Shown here: one piece after another, positions 29,205-37,740 of the stretch
How the letters are laid out: every line of letters starts with the position of its first letter
How positions within the stretch are numbered: the first letter of the stretch is position 1
Assembly (NCBI GenBank): GCA_964540695.1
Contig: CAZINS010000001.1
Location: forward strand, 156,826 to 220,825
Origin: an uncultured Gammaproteobacteria bacterium
Lineage (GTDB): Bacteria; Patescibacteriota; Patescibacteriia; S139-126
Direction of reading: 5' to 3'
Length of the DNA stretch: 64,000 nt
Program-made: the position numbers and the translations under genes
The notes under the pieces: generated by a model
Databases searched by the model: none
Told to the model about the DNA's origin: nothing
Seen by the model: the letters and a program-made list of their open reading frames with translations, nothing else

Positions 29205-29567
29205 ATGAAAAACAAACTACTACTTGTATTTTTAATATCATTTTTATTTATTCCGATTCTAACTTATGCAACTACTACACAATCTCAAAACACCCAATCA
29301 TCTGACAATACGGTAAAACTAACCAATCCCCTAAGCAGTGACGACCCAGCAATTATTATTGGCAATGTCATAAAAGGTATTTTAGGGCTAACTGGAGTTT
29401 TAGCACTAGCAGCTTTTATAGCTGGTGGAGTAATGTGGATGACTTCAGGTGGTAATGCTGATCGAGTGAAAAAAGGTAGGGATATTCTGGTCTGGGCAAT
29501 TATTGGGCTATTTATAGTCTTTTCCAGCTACAGTATCTTAAAATACGTGTTTGATATTTTAGCCTAA
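29205..29567 (+). CDS. TrbC/VirB2-like small membrane protein (signal peptide plus two TM helices)
   Basis: 120 aa: cleavable signal MKNKLLLVFLISFLFIPILTYA, polar linker, TM1 IIGNVIKGILGLTGVLALAAFIAGGVMWM, short basic loop, TM2 ILVWAIIGLFIVFSSYSI. Same architecture as T4SS pilins. Paralog at 35265-35621. Confidence 0.45.
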   Translation: MKNKLLLVFLISFLFIPILTYATTTQSQNTQSSDNTVKLTNPLSSDDPAIIIGNVIKGILGLTGVLALAAFIAGGVMWMTSGGNADRVKKGRDILVWAIIGLFIVFSSYSILKYVFDILA

Positions 29568-29593
29568 AAAATTAATCAAATTACTTGCTCAAT

Positions 29594-29618
29594 AACCCGC
29601 CCAAACTGGCGGGTTTTA
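29594..29618 (+). terminator. Rho-independent terminator
   Basis: acccgcc caaact ggcgggtttt. Confidence 0.65.
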
Positions 29619-29642
29619 CTTATATTTTAAAAGTGAATAGTA

Positions 29643-29671
29643 TTGACTTTTTCTTAAAAATATGCTATATT
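29643..29671 (+). promoter_or_regulatory. Near-consensus sigma70 promoter with extended -10
   Basis: TTGACT (29643-29648), 17 nt spacer ending TGC, TATATT (29666-29671). Confidence 0.6.
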
Positions 29672-29736
29672 GGCTAGTTATAGATTAATATATAGTGAAC
29701 TTTGACAATTTAATAACTTATATTTTATTTATAAAA

Positions 29737-29789
29737 TTAGTTAGTTGGTTTAGATTGAGATTTTTTCTTTATTTAAACCAACTAACTAA
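29737..29789 (+). promoter_or_regulatory. Perfect 16 bp inverted repeat (TTAGTTAGTTGGTTTA ... TAAACCAACTAACTAA) with 21 nt loop in the 5' UTR of the 29820 operon
   Basis: Arms at 29737-29752 and 29774-29789 are exact reverse complements; located between the promoter and the AAGGAG RBS (29808-29813). Confidence 0.6.
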
Positions 29790-29819
29790 CAATAAATAAA
29801 TAAAATAAAGGAGTCAATC

Positions 29820-30563
29820 ATGGCAATCTTTGGTAATTTCTTCAATAAACTAAAAAATGTTTTTGGAGGAGAATTGATCGGTACCGCAGCTGGTACTGTT
29901 AGCGGAAAAATGATTAGTGAGTTAATTGGCATGCCTGCCAAAAAAATCACTGAAATTGCACTTGATAAAATGTTTCAAGTGCCCCCGCGCGCAGAACTGC
30001 AAAAAGTTCTATTAGGTTTAAACGACACCCAGAGAAAATTTTGGGAAGCTAGATTTGAGGAAGCTAAAAAATACTGGGAAAAAAGACTTGGGGAAGATAA
30101 TAAAAACCTTCCTCACCGTCCTTCAGAAAATGAAGTGGTGACAGCCTGGTGTAAACCGCTGTTACTAAAAAAAGTCAAAGTTCTTTTGAAGAAAAGTGAC
30201 GGCACTCCTATATTAAATAAAGGGGTACCTGTATTTGCCGAATCAGAGTCTGACTTAGTCAGTGACGATGATCTTCGTGCTTATATCTACGGCAAAGTCG
30301 CTGACATTGGCGAGAAAGAATTTTGGATCTGGACAGATTTGCTAATCCACGATAAGTGGAATCAGATCTTCCAAATTTGGGGAGATAAATTTAAAATAAA
30401 AATTTTAAACCCAATTATAAAAAGGTTGCAAGAAACATTTGAAGTAATTGTAAAATACTCTGCTATTGCAACCGCTGCAGGGAAAGTTAGCTTAGAAAAA
30501 GCTGACACCATGACCGAAGAAATGATCGCAGAATCAAAAAACAAGAAATTAAATATTTTTTAA
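29820..30563 (+). CDS. hypothetical protein with Gly-rich amphipathic N-terminus
   Basis: 247 aa; MAIFGNFFNKLKNVFGGELIGTAAGTVSG then a charged helical region; strong RBS; 12 nt before the next gene. Confidence 0.5.
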   Translation: MAIFGNFFNKLKNVFGGELIGTAAGTVSGKMISELIGMPAKKITEIALDKMFQVPPRAELQKVLLGLNDTQRKFWEARFEEAKKYWEKRLGEDNKNLPHRPSENEVVTAWCKPLLLKKVKVLLKKSDGTPILNKGVPVFAESESDLVSDDDLRAYIYGKVADIGEKEFWIWTDLLIHDKWNQIFQIWGDKFKIKILNPIIKRLQETFEVIVKYSAIATAAGKVSLEKADTMTEEMIAESKNKKLNIF

Positions 30564-30575
30564 AGGAGTTTAAGA

Positions 30576-31868
30576 ATGCAACTATTCGTAGTTTATGTGT
30601 TAATCATCATCGCGTCTTTGTGGATGCTTTACTATCTGCTCTTTCATACCTCAGCTACGGGGTTCAACTTACTCGGCAGAGTCAGGGAATTAGAGTTAGG
30701 ACTTATCAATCAAGTATCCCAAGCATTGGGAAGAATATTGGCAGTCCTAGGATATCCACTTGGAGAGATAGAGATGATTCAAAACAGAATTGTTAACGAA
30801 GGCGTTAATTTCGCCCAAAACCTAATCAGACAAATTGCCAGGCAATCATTCTTTATCGCCTGTGGAATAAGTGGAATGCTACTTATATTACTAATTGGAG
30901 TAATATTCCATTCAAATCTGATTATGATCATTATTCTGATTGCTGCTGTGGTATGGTCGTTCTTGACCATGGTAATTTATGATCCAATTATTGGATCAAT
31001 CGCTCAGGGCAAAAAAATAAGAAGAAGTATCCGACCAATTTCGCTTCTCCTTGCTTACATAGGGATATTGACCTTACTGTGGTTAAACTTCAATGGAACA
31101 TCATTCTTTAATGAAGTTCTGGGAATATTTGTGATTCTTTCACTAGTACTAATGATATTTTCATTTAGATCTTATTATCTGATGAGAATAACAAACACAG
31201 CTGGGTATGCCTTGGGAACTATATTAACTGTTTTACTTATTCTGTTTATTTTCAAAAGCTCAAGCCCGAGCTTATATGGAAACCTGGTTGACACTAGGAC
31301 AGAATTTGAACAAACAAATAAAGTAAAGTATGTTACCCAACAGACTCCCTTATACGCTATTATAATCACTAATGAAGATACAACAATTGTAAAGGTTAAT
31401 TCCCAAGAAGGAATTCCAACTATCAAAAAAGGTGAACAAGTAGTTCGTGGTGATAATACAGTAGTTTATAAGCAAGAAGTTTTTGGCGATATTTGGTTAG
31501 CAGATGATAATGGTTTATATGTTTTAGGACCATTCTGGATACCACTTAGATGGTTATCTAATAATGACCTAAACCCAAAAAATATACTAACTGATAATCA
31601 AAATCAGTCAGTACAACCACCTATTGATACTCCTACCGATCCAAATACTTTTACCCTCCCCCCTCATACCAGGGTAAAGGTGATGGATATCCCAGCTGGT
31701 CGGGAAAATATAGTTTTCCGATCAACTGGAAAATATCGAATTATTGAAAGAGACGGACCAAAATTGGTCCTCTCGAAAGTTTTCAAATACAATACCAATG
31801 TTGCCGGAGGCACTTTGGAAATTGAAAACATTAATGATTTTCCAATTGAGTTCAAAGTAGAACTCTAA
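30576..31868 (+). CDS. polytopic membrane protein with C-terminal soluble beta-rich domain (hypothetical)
   Basis: 430 aa; about 7 hydrophobic helices in the first 230 aa, then a soluble Thr/Asn/Val-rich domain; RBS AAAGGAG upstream. Confidence 0.5.
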   Translation: MQLFVVYVLIIIASLWMLYYLLFHTSATGFNLLGRVRELELGLINQVSQALGRILAVLGYPLGEIEMIQNRIVNEGVNFAQNLIRQIARQSFFIACGISGMLLILLIGVIFHSNLIMIIILIAAVVWSFLTMVIYDPIIGSIAQGKKIRRSIRPISLLLAYIGILTLLWLNFNGTSFFNEVLGIFVILSLVLMIFSFRSYYLMRITNTAGYALGTILTVLLILFIFKSSSPSLYGNLVDTRTEFEQTNKVKYVTQQTPLYAIIITNEDTTIVKVNSQEGIPTIKKGEQVVRGDNTVVYKQEVFGDIWLADDNGLYVLGPFWIPLRWLSNNDLNPKNILTDNQNQSVQPPIDTPTDPNTFTLPPHTRVKVMDIPAGRENIVFRSTGKYRIIERDGPKLVLSKVFKYNTNVAGGTLEIENINDFPIEFKVEL

Positions 31869-31881
31869 ATTATTACATAAC

Positions 31882-31913
31882 AAGCCGTTGGTTAACATAC
31901 CAACGGCTTTTTC
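31882..31913 (+). terminator. Rho-independent terminator, followed by TTGACA promoter-like hexamer at 31914-31919
   Basis: aagccgttgg ttaacatac ccaacggcttttt. Confidence 0.65.
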
Positions 31914-31983
31914 TTGACAAAAATATAAATTTGTAGTAATTTATATCATTCTATACATTAAAAAATAAATAAAAGGAGTATCT

Positions 31984-32592
31984 ATGGCACCGCTTATACC
32001 AAAAAAAATAGGTGATTTTTTTATAAAAATACCTGTTTTAATCAGGAACAACCATAAATTTTTTCTAACTGGTCTTATCACTTTTTTGCTTTCCTTTATT
32101 ATCATGATAATAATAATTTTACTAACCACCAATAGTGCATCAAACTATATTGATAAAAAAAATTTAGAAATAAAACAACAATTACAAGACCAAATACAAG
32201 TTATCAGCACTACTATTGCTGACACAGTACTGCCATACATTTCATTCCTCAATCAGGAAAGAAAATTTGTTGATTCGTCATTATTGGCTTTGTCTTTTCG
32301 AGTAGACTCTACTCAAAACAGGTTAACTAAATTTGAAAAAAAATATAAGCATGATAATAAATTTCTAACTTCCTACATTGCCACCCGAGATGGTTTCTCT
32401 AATCCAGACAGTTTGTCTAATTATGCCGCTAATATTTGTATGAACGTATATGGTAGAATGCTTGACGAACTACAAAGTAGAATACCCCCCCAAGAACCGT
32501 CGCAACAATGTGATGAAGAAACCAAAGTCAAATTTGACAATCGGCCGGAAATTAAAAAAGGTATCTCCATCAGAATTGATGAAAAAAAATAA
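31984..32592 (+). CDS. membrane-anchored coiled-coil protein (hypothetical)
   Basis: 202 aa; TM FLTGLITFLLSFIIMIIIILL then helical region; RBS AAAGGAG at 31973-31979. Confidence 0.45.
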   Translation: MAPLIPKKIGDFFIKIPVLIRNNHKFFLTGLITFLLSFIIMIIIILLTTNSASNYIDKKNLEIKQQLQDQIQVISTTIADTVLPYISFLNQERKFVDSSLLALSFRVDSTQNRLTKFEKKYKHDNKFLTSYIATRDGFSNPDSLSNYAANICMNVYGRMLDELQSRIPPQEPSQQCDEETKVKFDNRPEIKKGISIRIDEKK

Positions 32593-32595
32593 ACT

Positions 32596-32628
32596 AAAAA
32601 CCCGTAACAATTACGGGTTTTATTTTTT
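32596..32628. terminator. Bidirectional terminator between convergent genes
   Basis: aaaacccgtaa caa ttacgggtttt with A/T runs on both sides. Confidence 0.7.
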
Positions 32629-32631
32629 ATT

Positions 32632-33339
32632 TTAATAATTTATTCCCAAATTACTAGCCAACTCTCCTATCAATATACCAGCACCAAGAGCAAGAGTACC
32701 TATTAACAATACTTTTAATCCGGATTTGAACCAAGATTTTTTTGTATAAATTGAAGTAAACACGCCTACTAAAAATAGTCCCAATAAAGTAGCCGCAATT
32801 GATATAGGCATAGCAACTTTGACTGATAAAAATAAATATGGAGTTAGTGCAACCAGTCCACCAAGAGTATAAGAAAAAAACATAAACACACCAGTTATTT
32901 TAGGGCTATTGTTTTGATCAGGTAAAACACTAAGTTCATGTAAAGCTTTTTCTTTGAGCATCAACTTTTTATTCTGACTAACTACTTCCGCCATTTGTTT
33001 TGCTAAGTCATTAGGCCAGCCATCTTTTTGATATATCGCCAATAAATCTTTTTTTTCTATTTCCATTTGATTTACTAAATCTTTTTTTTGTTCATGCAAT
33101 TGACTAATATCACGATCACGATTTGATTGATTGGAAACATATGAACCTATGCCCATAGAAATAGATTCAACTGTAATAATTACAAAACCGGATAAAAGCA
33201 CTGTGAAATGATTTTGACTACCGATAGCAATACCGGTTATTGCTCCTAAAGTTGAAACCATACCATCTTCCAATCCAAAAACTACATCCCGTAGTGATTG
33301 GACAAATCTTGAATTTTTATTGTTGAAAAAATTATTCAT
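32632..33339 (-). CDS. VIT1/CCC1-family iron/manganese transporter
   Basis: LRDVVFGLEDGMVSTLGAITGIAIG N-terminal motif of the VIT family, central coiled-coil loop, 235 aa. Confidence 0.65.
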   Translation of the reverse strand: MNNFFNNKNSRFVQSLRDVVFGLEDGMVSTLGAITGIAIGSQNHFTVLLSGFVIITVESISMGIGSYVSNQSNRDRDISQLHEQKKDLVNQMEIEKKDLLAIYQKDGWPNDLAKQMAEVVSQNKKLMLKEKALHELSVLPDQNNSPKITGVFMFFSYTLGGLVALTPYLFLSVKVAMPISIAATLLGLFLVGVFTSIYTKKSWFKSGLKVLLIGTLALGAGILIGELASNLGINY

Positions 33340-33916
33340 GGTTTATAAAGGGATTAGGGTCAGAAAAAGTAAGACGAGGTATTTGTTCATGAATTAGATG
33401 CGGTTTTATACCATAAGTTTTTTCGTATAAAGTACCAACATTACCAAATAGAGCTTTAGAATAATCAAAACCAATTTTGGTGGCTACTGCTTTTACAGCC
33501 TGTTCACTCTTACCTTCAATTTCTACAAAAGACGGTAAATACGGCCACTCATCAAGACAAATTTCTACGCCAGCAAGTAGCCATAATTCCCTGGTTGATT
33601 CTTGATAAGCTTTTATTTTGCAACCAATTTTTTCTAAAAACTCTAAGGTCTTGGCAAAATTATCCACTACCAAACATATTTCTTTTTGGTCTTCTATTTT
33701 GTCACCGTCAATTACTTTGTAAGTTAAAGTGACTCTATCACCTTCATCACGCAATCTTATCCAAGCCTTTTCATTTTTCATAAATTCAGGCGGATTGATA
33801 ATCACTCTAGTTTGTAAAAACTTTGGTCTAATTAAAACCGCCCCAACATTTTTTAAACTTTGTCTAATAGCCGTCTTATCAATATTCGGAAAAGTGGCTT
33901 CAAATTCAATTTCCAT
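33332..33916 (-). CDS. CYTH-domain protein (class IV adenylyl cyclase / triphosphate-tunnel metalloenzyme fold)
   Basis: N-terminal EIEFE (ExExK-like), WIRLRDEG (R-x-R strand), TLTYKV, FVEIEGKS (ExE) in the order expected for CYTH; 194 aa. Confidence 0.6.
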   Translation of the reverse strand: MEIEFEATFPNIDKTAIRQSLKNVGAVLIRPKFLQTRVIINPPEFMKNEKAWIRLRDEGDRVTLTYKVIDGDKIEDQKEICLVVDNFAKTLEFLEKIGCKIKAYQESTRELWLLAGVEICLDEWPYLPSFVEIEGKSEQAVKAVATKIGFDYSKALFGNVGTLYEKTYGIKPHLIHEQIPRLTFSDPNPFINHE

Positions 33917-33918
33917 AA

Positions 33919-34410
33919 TTATAATTTTTTATTTAGTTCAATTTCTGCTTGTTTAGCTAAACCGATTAAAGTAGCTATATCATCCAAAGCAAATTTTCTT
34001 GGTCTATTATCTTTGATGCACAAAACACCAACTGGCAAACGAGAATTTTCTTCGCGTAAAGCCACACCTGCATAAAATCTGATATAAGGCTTACCTTTGA
34101 CATAAGGATTATCAAAAAATCTTGGATCTTGCCAAGTATCCTCAATCACAAAAATATAATCTGCATACATAGCGTGCCCACAAAAAGATATATCTCTTGC
34201 CCCTTCACGAACATCAAGTCCCCAACACGATTTATACCATTCCCGTTTTCCATTGATAATAGAAATAGTTGAAATAGGGACTTTAAATTTTTGGCAAGCT
34301 TGCTTGGTAATAATATCAAATCTGGCTTCAGGTTCGGTATCTAAAATAGCCAAAGAATAAACTGCTGTTAGTCTTGCTTGTTCATTGATTTGTACCGGAG
34401 CACTAATCAT
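33919..34410 (-). CDS. stand-alone GAF-domain protein
   Basis: RLTAVYSLAILDTEPEARFDIITKQACQKFKVPISTISIINGKREWYKS...RFYAGVAL resembles the GAF sensor-domain consensus (RYxILDTxPExxFD ... xFYAGxPL); 163 aa. Confidence 0.6.
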   Translation of the reverse strand: MISAPVQINEQARLTAVYSLAILDTEPEARFDIITKQACQKFKVPISTISIINGKREWYKSCWGLDVREGARDISFCGHAMYADYIFVIEDTWQDPRFFDNPYVKGKPYIRFYAGVALREENSRLPVGVLCIKDNRPRKFALDDIATLIGLAKQAEIELNKKL

Positions 34411-34430
34411 ACTTAAATCTTAGACCTAAA

Positions 34431-35240
34431 TTACAATAAACGCAAAAGTGATTCAATATTTTTTTCCATCTCAACTTCACCAATTTTAACAATCTCTGTA
34501 CCAATTTCTTCTCGAAAATAACTCCGCCAACTTGAAAAACCTATAGCAGGAAAAATTGGTTCTAAAATTATATCTGAACTTTGCAACGAATACTTTGCTA
34601 AATGATGGCGCATGATGTCAAAACTGCGATTAGCAACTTTTTTAAACGAATAATCATCCAGCTCCACTGGGCGATATTTTTCATAATTATCAAGATTGAC
34701 ACTGATAACTATATCGGCTCCCATTTGTCTGACTACATTATCGGGAACTGGATTACTTGAACCACCATCTATCAATAATTGATTATTTAAAGTCACTGGT
34801 TTAAATAAAGTAGGAATAGACATGCTGGCTCTAACAGCTTGGGATAAACTGCCTTTATTTAAAACTACTGAACCGCCACTAATTAAATCAGTGGCCATGG
34901 CCGCCACTGGAATTTTGGTATCCAAAAAACTAGCCCCTGCAAACCACTCAGCTAAAAGTTTCTCTAACTTATCACCCTTAATAAGCCCCCCTTGCAAAGT
35001 TGGTTCTAAAAATATATAAAATTTATCTCGACGTTTATTGACCGTATAATCCTCTAGTTTGGCAACGTCCCAAAATAAACCAAAAAAACACGCCACCCAG
35101 GCGCCAATACTTGATCCAGCAATAAAATCAATAGGAATCTGATGTTTAAGTAAAGTTTTAATAACTCCAACATGGGCTAGTCCTTTGACTCCACCACTAC
35201 CCAAAGCTAAGCCTATCTTTTTATTTGTTTGCACTTTCAT
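34431..35240 (-). CDS. Patatin-like phospholipase
   Basis: Oxyanion GSGGVKGLAHVG, nucleophile elbow GSSIGA (GxSxG), catalytic Asp in LIDGG; 269 aa. Confidence 0.8.
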   Translation of the reverse strand: MKVQTNKKIGLALGSGGVKGLAHVGVIKTLLKHQIPIDFIAGSSIGAWVACFFGLFWDVAKLEDYTVNKRRDKFYIFLEPTLQGGLIKGDKLEKLLAEWFAGASFLDTKIPVAAMATDLISGGSVVLNKGSLSQAVRASMSIPTLFKPVTLNNQLLIDGGSSNPVPDNVVRQMGADIVISVNLDNYEKYRPVELDDYSFKKVANRSFDIMRHHLAKYSLQSSDIILEPIFPAIGFSSWRSYFREEIGTEIVKIGEVEMEKNIESLLRLL

Positions 35241-35264
35241 ATTAGTACCAATATTTAATCAAAC

Positions 35265-35621
35265 TTATGATGTTGCATCTAAAATTACTCTGAAAACAAA
35301 GGTACTAATAGCATAAGCTACAATAATTATTAAAAGACCAATCACCCCAGCAACAATTGTTTTTCTAGCAGTTTCCCCCCGATCAGTACCATAACCACTA
35401 GCTGCCCCCACTACACCATAAATTATAATCAAAACCATTAGTAATCCTAAGATACCTAAGGCAATATTAATTATCCTGGCAATTGTCTCTCTAATATCCC
35501 TCGTCCCCAAACCAATTGCACTACCATAACCCAAACCAAAATCAACTTGAGCAAGAGTGGCTAGGGGTATTAAAAATAAACTTAAAATAGCTAAACCTAA
35601 TATTTGTTTATTTATTTTCAT
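35265..35621 (-). CDS. TrbC/VirB2-like small membrane protein (paralogous architecture to 29205-29567)
   Basis: 118 aa: signal MKINKQILGLAILSLFLIPLATLA, TM1 IINIALGILGLLMVLIIIYGVVGAA, short loop, TM2 IVAGVIGLLIIIVAYAISTFVF. Confidence 0.45.
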   Translation of the reverse strand: MKINKQILGLAILSLFLIPLATLAQVDFGLGYGSAIGLGTRDIRETIARIINIALGILGLLMVLIIIYGVVGAASGYGTDRGETARKTIVAGVIGLLIIIVAYAISTFVFRVILDATS

Positions 35622-35650
35622 AAAATAATTATAACAAAATTCAAAAAAAT

Positions 35651-36127
35651 TTACGATTTTTTCATTAGAGGTAAAAGCTTTTTATATTTATCAAAAATTA
35701 AATATATAATTACTAAATCTATTAGAGTTAAACAAATTAATAACCAGGAATAACTATAAAAAATTCTGAATATTTGATAAATAACCATAAAAATCAGAGC
35801 ATAACCGGTAACCGGATAAGCCCATAATTTATTTCTTAGCAACATAATCATTAAAAATATTTTTAAAATACCATTAATAAATAAATAAAACGCAATAAAT
35901 GTTTGAGTAGATAAAGATAATATATTAAGCCAAGAAAAAACTTTATTAATAAAAAAATCAGTTGGGTCTTCGGTTAACTCATGTTGGAATAACCAATAAA
36001 TTAAATTAATTACTCTATCTTTTTTAACAAAATAAACCGTTATTCCTGCTAATGTTCCTAGAATCCCATCAAACAGTTTTAGCAGTACGGTGTAATTAAA
36101 AATGGTATTATTCAAATCTTGTTTCAT
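35651..36127 (-). CDS. integral membrane protein (hypothetical, 4 TM)
   Basis: 158 aa hydrophobic ORF. Confidence 0.4.
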   Translation of the reverse strand: MKQDLNNTIFNYTVLLKLFDGILGTLAGITVYFVKKDRVINLIYWLFQHELTEDPTDFFINKVFSWLNILSLSTQTFIAFYLFINGILKIFLMIMLLRNKLWAYPVTGYALIFMVIYQIFRIFYSYSWLLICLTLIDLVIIYLIFDKYKKLLPLMKKS

Positions 36128-36295
36128 TTTATTTTATTATATTTGTTTTTTTATTTTTTAAACGACTTTGCGATAAACTAGTCCAACTCAATACACCAAT
36201 AGCTATAAGAATAGCCTTTTCTTCTTTACCTTTAAAAATTTTTTTATTTATTAATTTTATGAGAGTATTAGCTGCTTCTTTGTGGTCCATATAAT

Positions 36296-37501
36296 TTATG
36301 GTAACAATTTTTGAATAATATCATTTCTTTGTTTCATACTTAAAGCGTGTAAAACAACTACTATCAAATCGTCTTTTTTTAATACCACTGTGCGTTGGGC
36401 TTCAACTAAAAAACCAGTTTTAACTGCCTGGGGATTGAACGTATGTAAACTATAATTTCGATCAATTATTTTTACTAATCTATTCTGACCATTTATATCA
36501 ACAATTTGAGCTGTATAATCTTTAACCGCACTGGGCGCTGCTATATCTGATTTAGCAAAAGCAGTTTGTCCAATTACTGCCATTTCTTTAGCGGTGGTAA
36601 CATTATGAGCATCGAGTCCGGTCATTTCAAACCATAAAGTTTTCTCGAGTCCTAAATCTTTGGCTTTTTGATTCATAGCGGTAACAAATTCAACCCGCGT
36701 TAAACCGCTGTTATCCACCAAAGCGATGGTAGCTTGATTGGAAGAAGCAATCAACATTGCTAACCACAAATCATAAAATGACAATTTATCACCCACTTTT
36801 AAATCAACCTCGCTAGTTGTATCTTCACCAACCAAACTTTTAGGATAATCAAGCTGATCTTGAGTGATGGTAATTGTTTTTTGCCAATTGGGACTGGCAT
36901 CAAGTAAAACAAGAGCAGTCATTAATTTAGTTAAACTAGCTGGTGGCAGTATTGTATCGGCATTGTAGCTTTGACTAAAATTTTTACCATCATAACGCAC
37001 ATAAGCCACATCATTGAAGGTAGTATCATGAATTATCTGTTTAGAGTTGGTTCTAATTTGTCGTAAATTGTCATTAGTTATTCCCAGTCCGAATTGACGT
37101 AACAAATTGAAAGCTGCCTCCCGGTCGGGAAAATAATAACGTAAACCATCAACTGGATTAACATACCAGGCTTCACCATGACTTTCTACTTGCAGTAAAA
37201 TCCTCCCCTGCAAACGCTTGGTCAATTTTTGGTCACCTATTTCACCTTTGCTAGTGGGAATCTTAGCTAAATCACGGTTTGAGATACCAAGTCCCAAGGA
37301 ACGCATGATAGCAAAAGCTTCATCACCATCACGCAAATAATATCTTTCCTGACTAACTGGGTCTACATACCAAGCTCGGCCATAACTTTCCACTTGCAAC
37401 AAAATCCGACCTGACAATCTACTGGCTAAACTATCAGCCGCTTTTAACTGATATACAGGTAAAAAAGTAAAAACTAAAATTAAATATAATATTTTCTTCA
37501 T
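36296..37501 (-). CDS. D-alanyl-D-alanine carboxypeptidase (serine PBP5-like) with N-terminal tandem-duplicated about 55 aa domain
   Basis: SxxK (ASLTKLM), SxN (ASSNQAT), KTG (VKTGFL). The N-terminus has two copies of RILLQVES(Y/H)G(R/E)AWYV(D/N)PV...YY...FGLGI(S/T)N. Confidence 0.75.
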   Translation of the reverse strand: MKKILYLILVFTFLPVYQLKAADSLASRLSGRILLQVESYGRAWYVDPVSQERYYLRDGDEAFAIMRSLGLGISNRDLAKIPTSKGEIGDQKLTKRLQGRILLQVESHGEAWYVNPVDGLRYYFPDREAAFNLLRQFGLGITNDNLRQIRTNSKQIIHDTTFNDVAYVRYDGKNFSQSYNADTILPPASLTKLMTALVLLDASPNWQKTITITQDQLDYPKSLVGEDTTSEVDLKVGDKLSFYDLWLAMLIASSNQATIALVDNSGLTRVEFVTAMNQKAKDLGLEKTLWFEMTGLDAHNVTTAKEMAVIGQTAFAKSDIAAPSAVKDYTAQIVDINGQNRLVKIIDRNYSLHTFNPQAVKTGFLVEAQRTVVLKKDDLIVVVLHALSMKQRNDIIQKLLP

Positions 37502-37740
37502 AGAAATTAATTATAACAAAAAATCACCTAATTGGCGATTTAATTATAATGGCGGGGCCGAATTAATAAGGGACTTCCGCCTCACCGCGCCTTCGTAAAG
37601 CGGCGCGGTTCGTTGCCCGGGACAGCGTCCAGTCCTACGCTCGCTCGGACTGTCCGACATTCGGCTTGCTCATAATTTCTTCCGAAATTATTCGCGCCTC
37701 ACTCCTGTCCGTTCGAGTCACTTTTGACTCACAAATAAAA

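Noticed and set aside
29820-29880. Double-glycine bacteriocin-type leader in MAIFGNFFNKLKNVFGG
   Set aside because: Lacks the conserved LSxxELxxIxGG spacing; no peptidase-domain ABC transporter adjacent. At most weakly suggestive.
36139-36290. About 50-codon minus-strand ORF directly downstream of the DD-carboxypeptidase gene
   Set aside because: Below size threshold, no RBS or motif support. Could be real, but the evidence is insufficient to call it.
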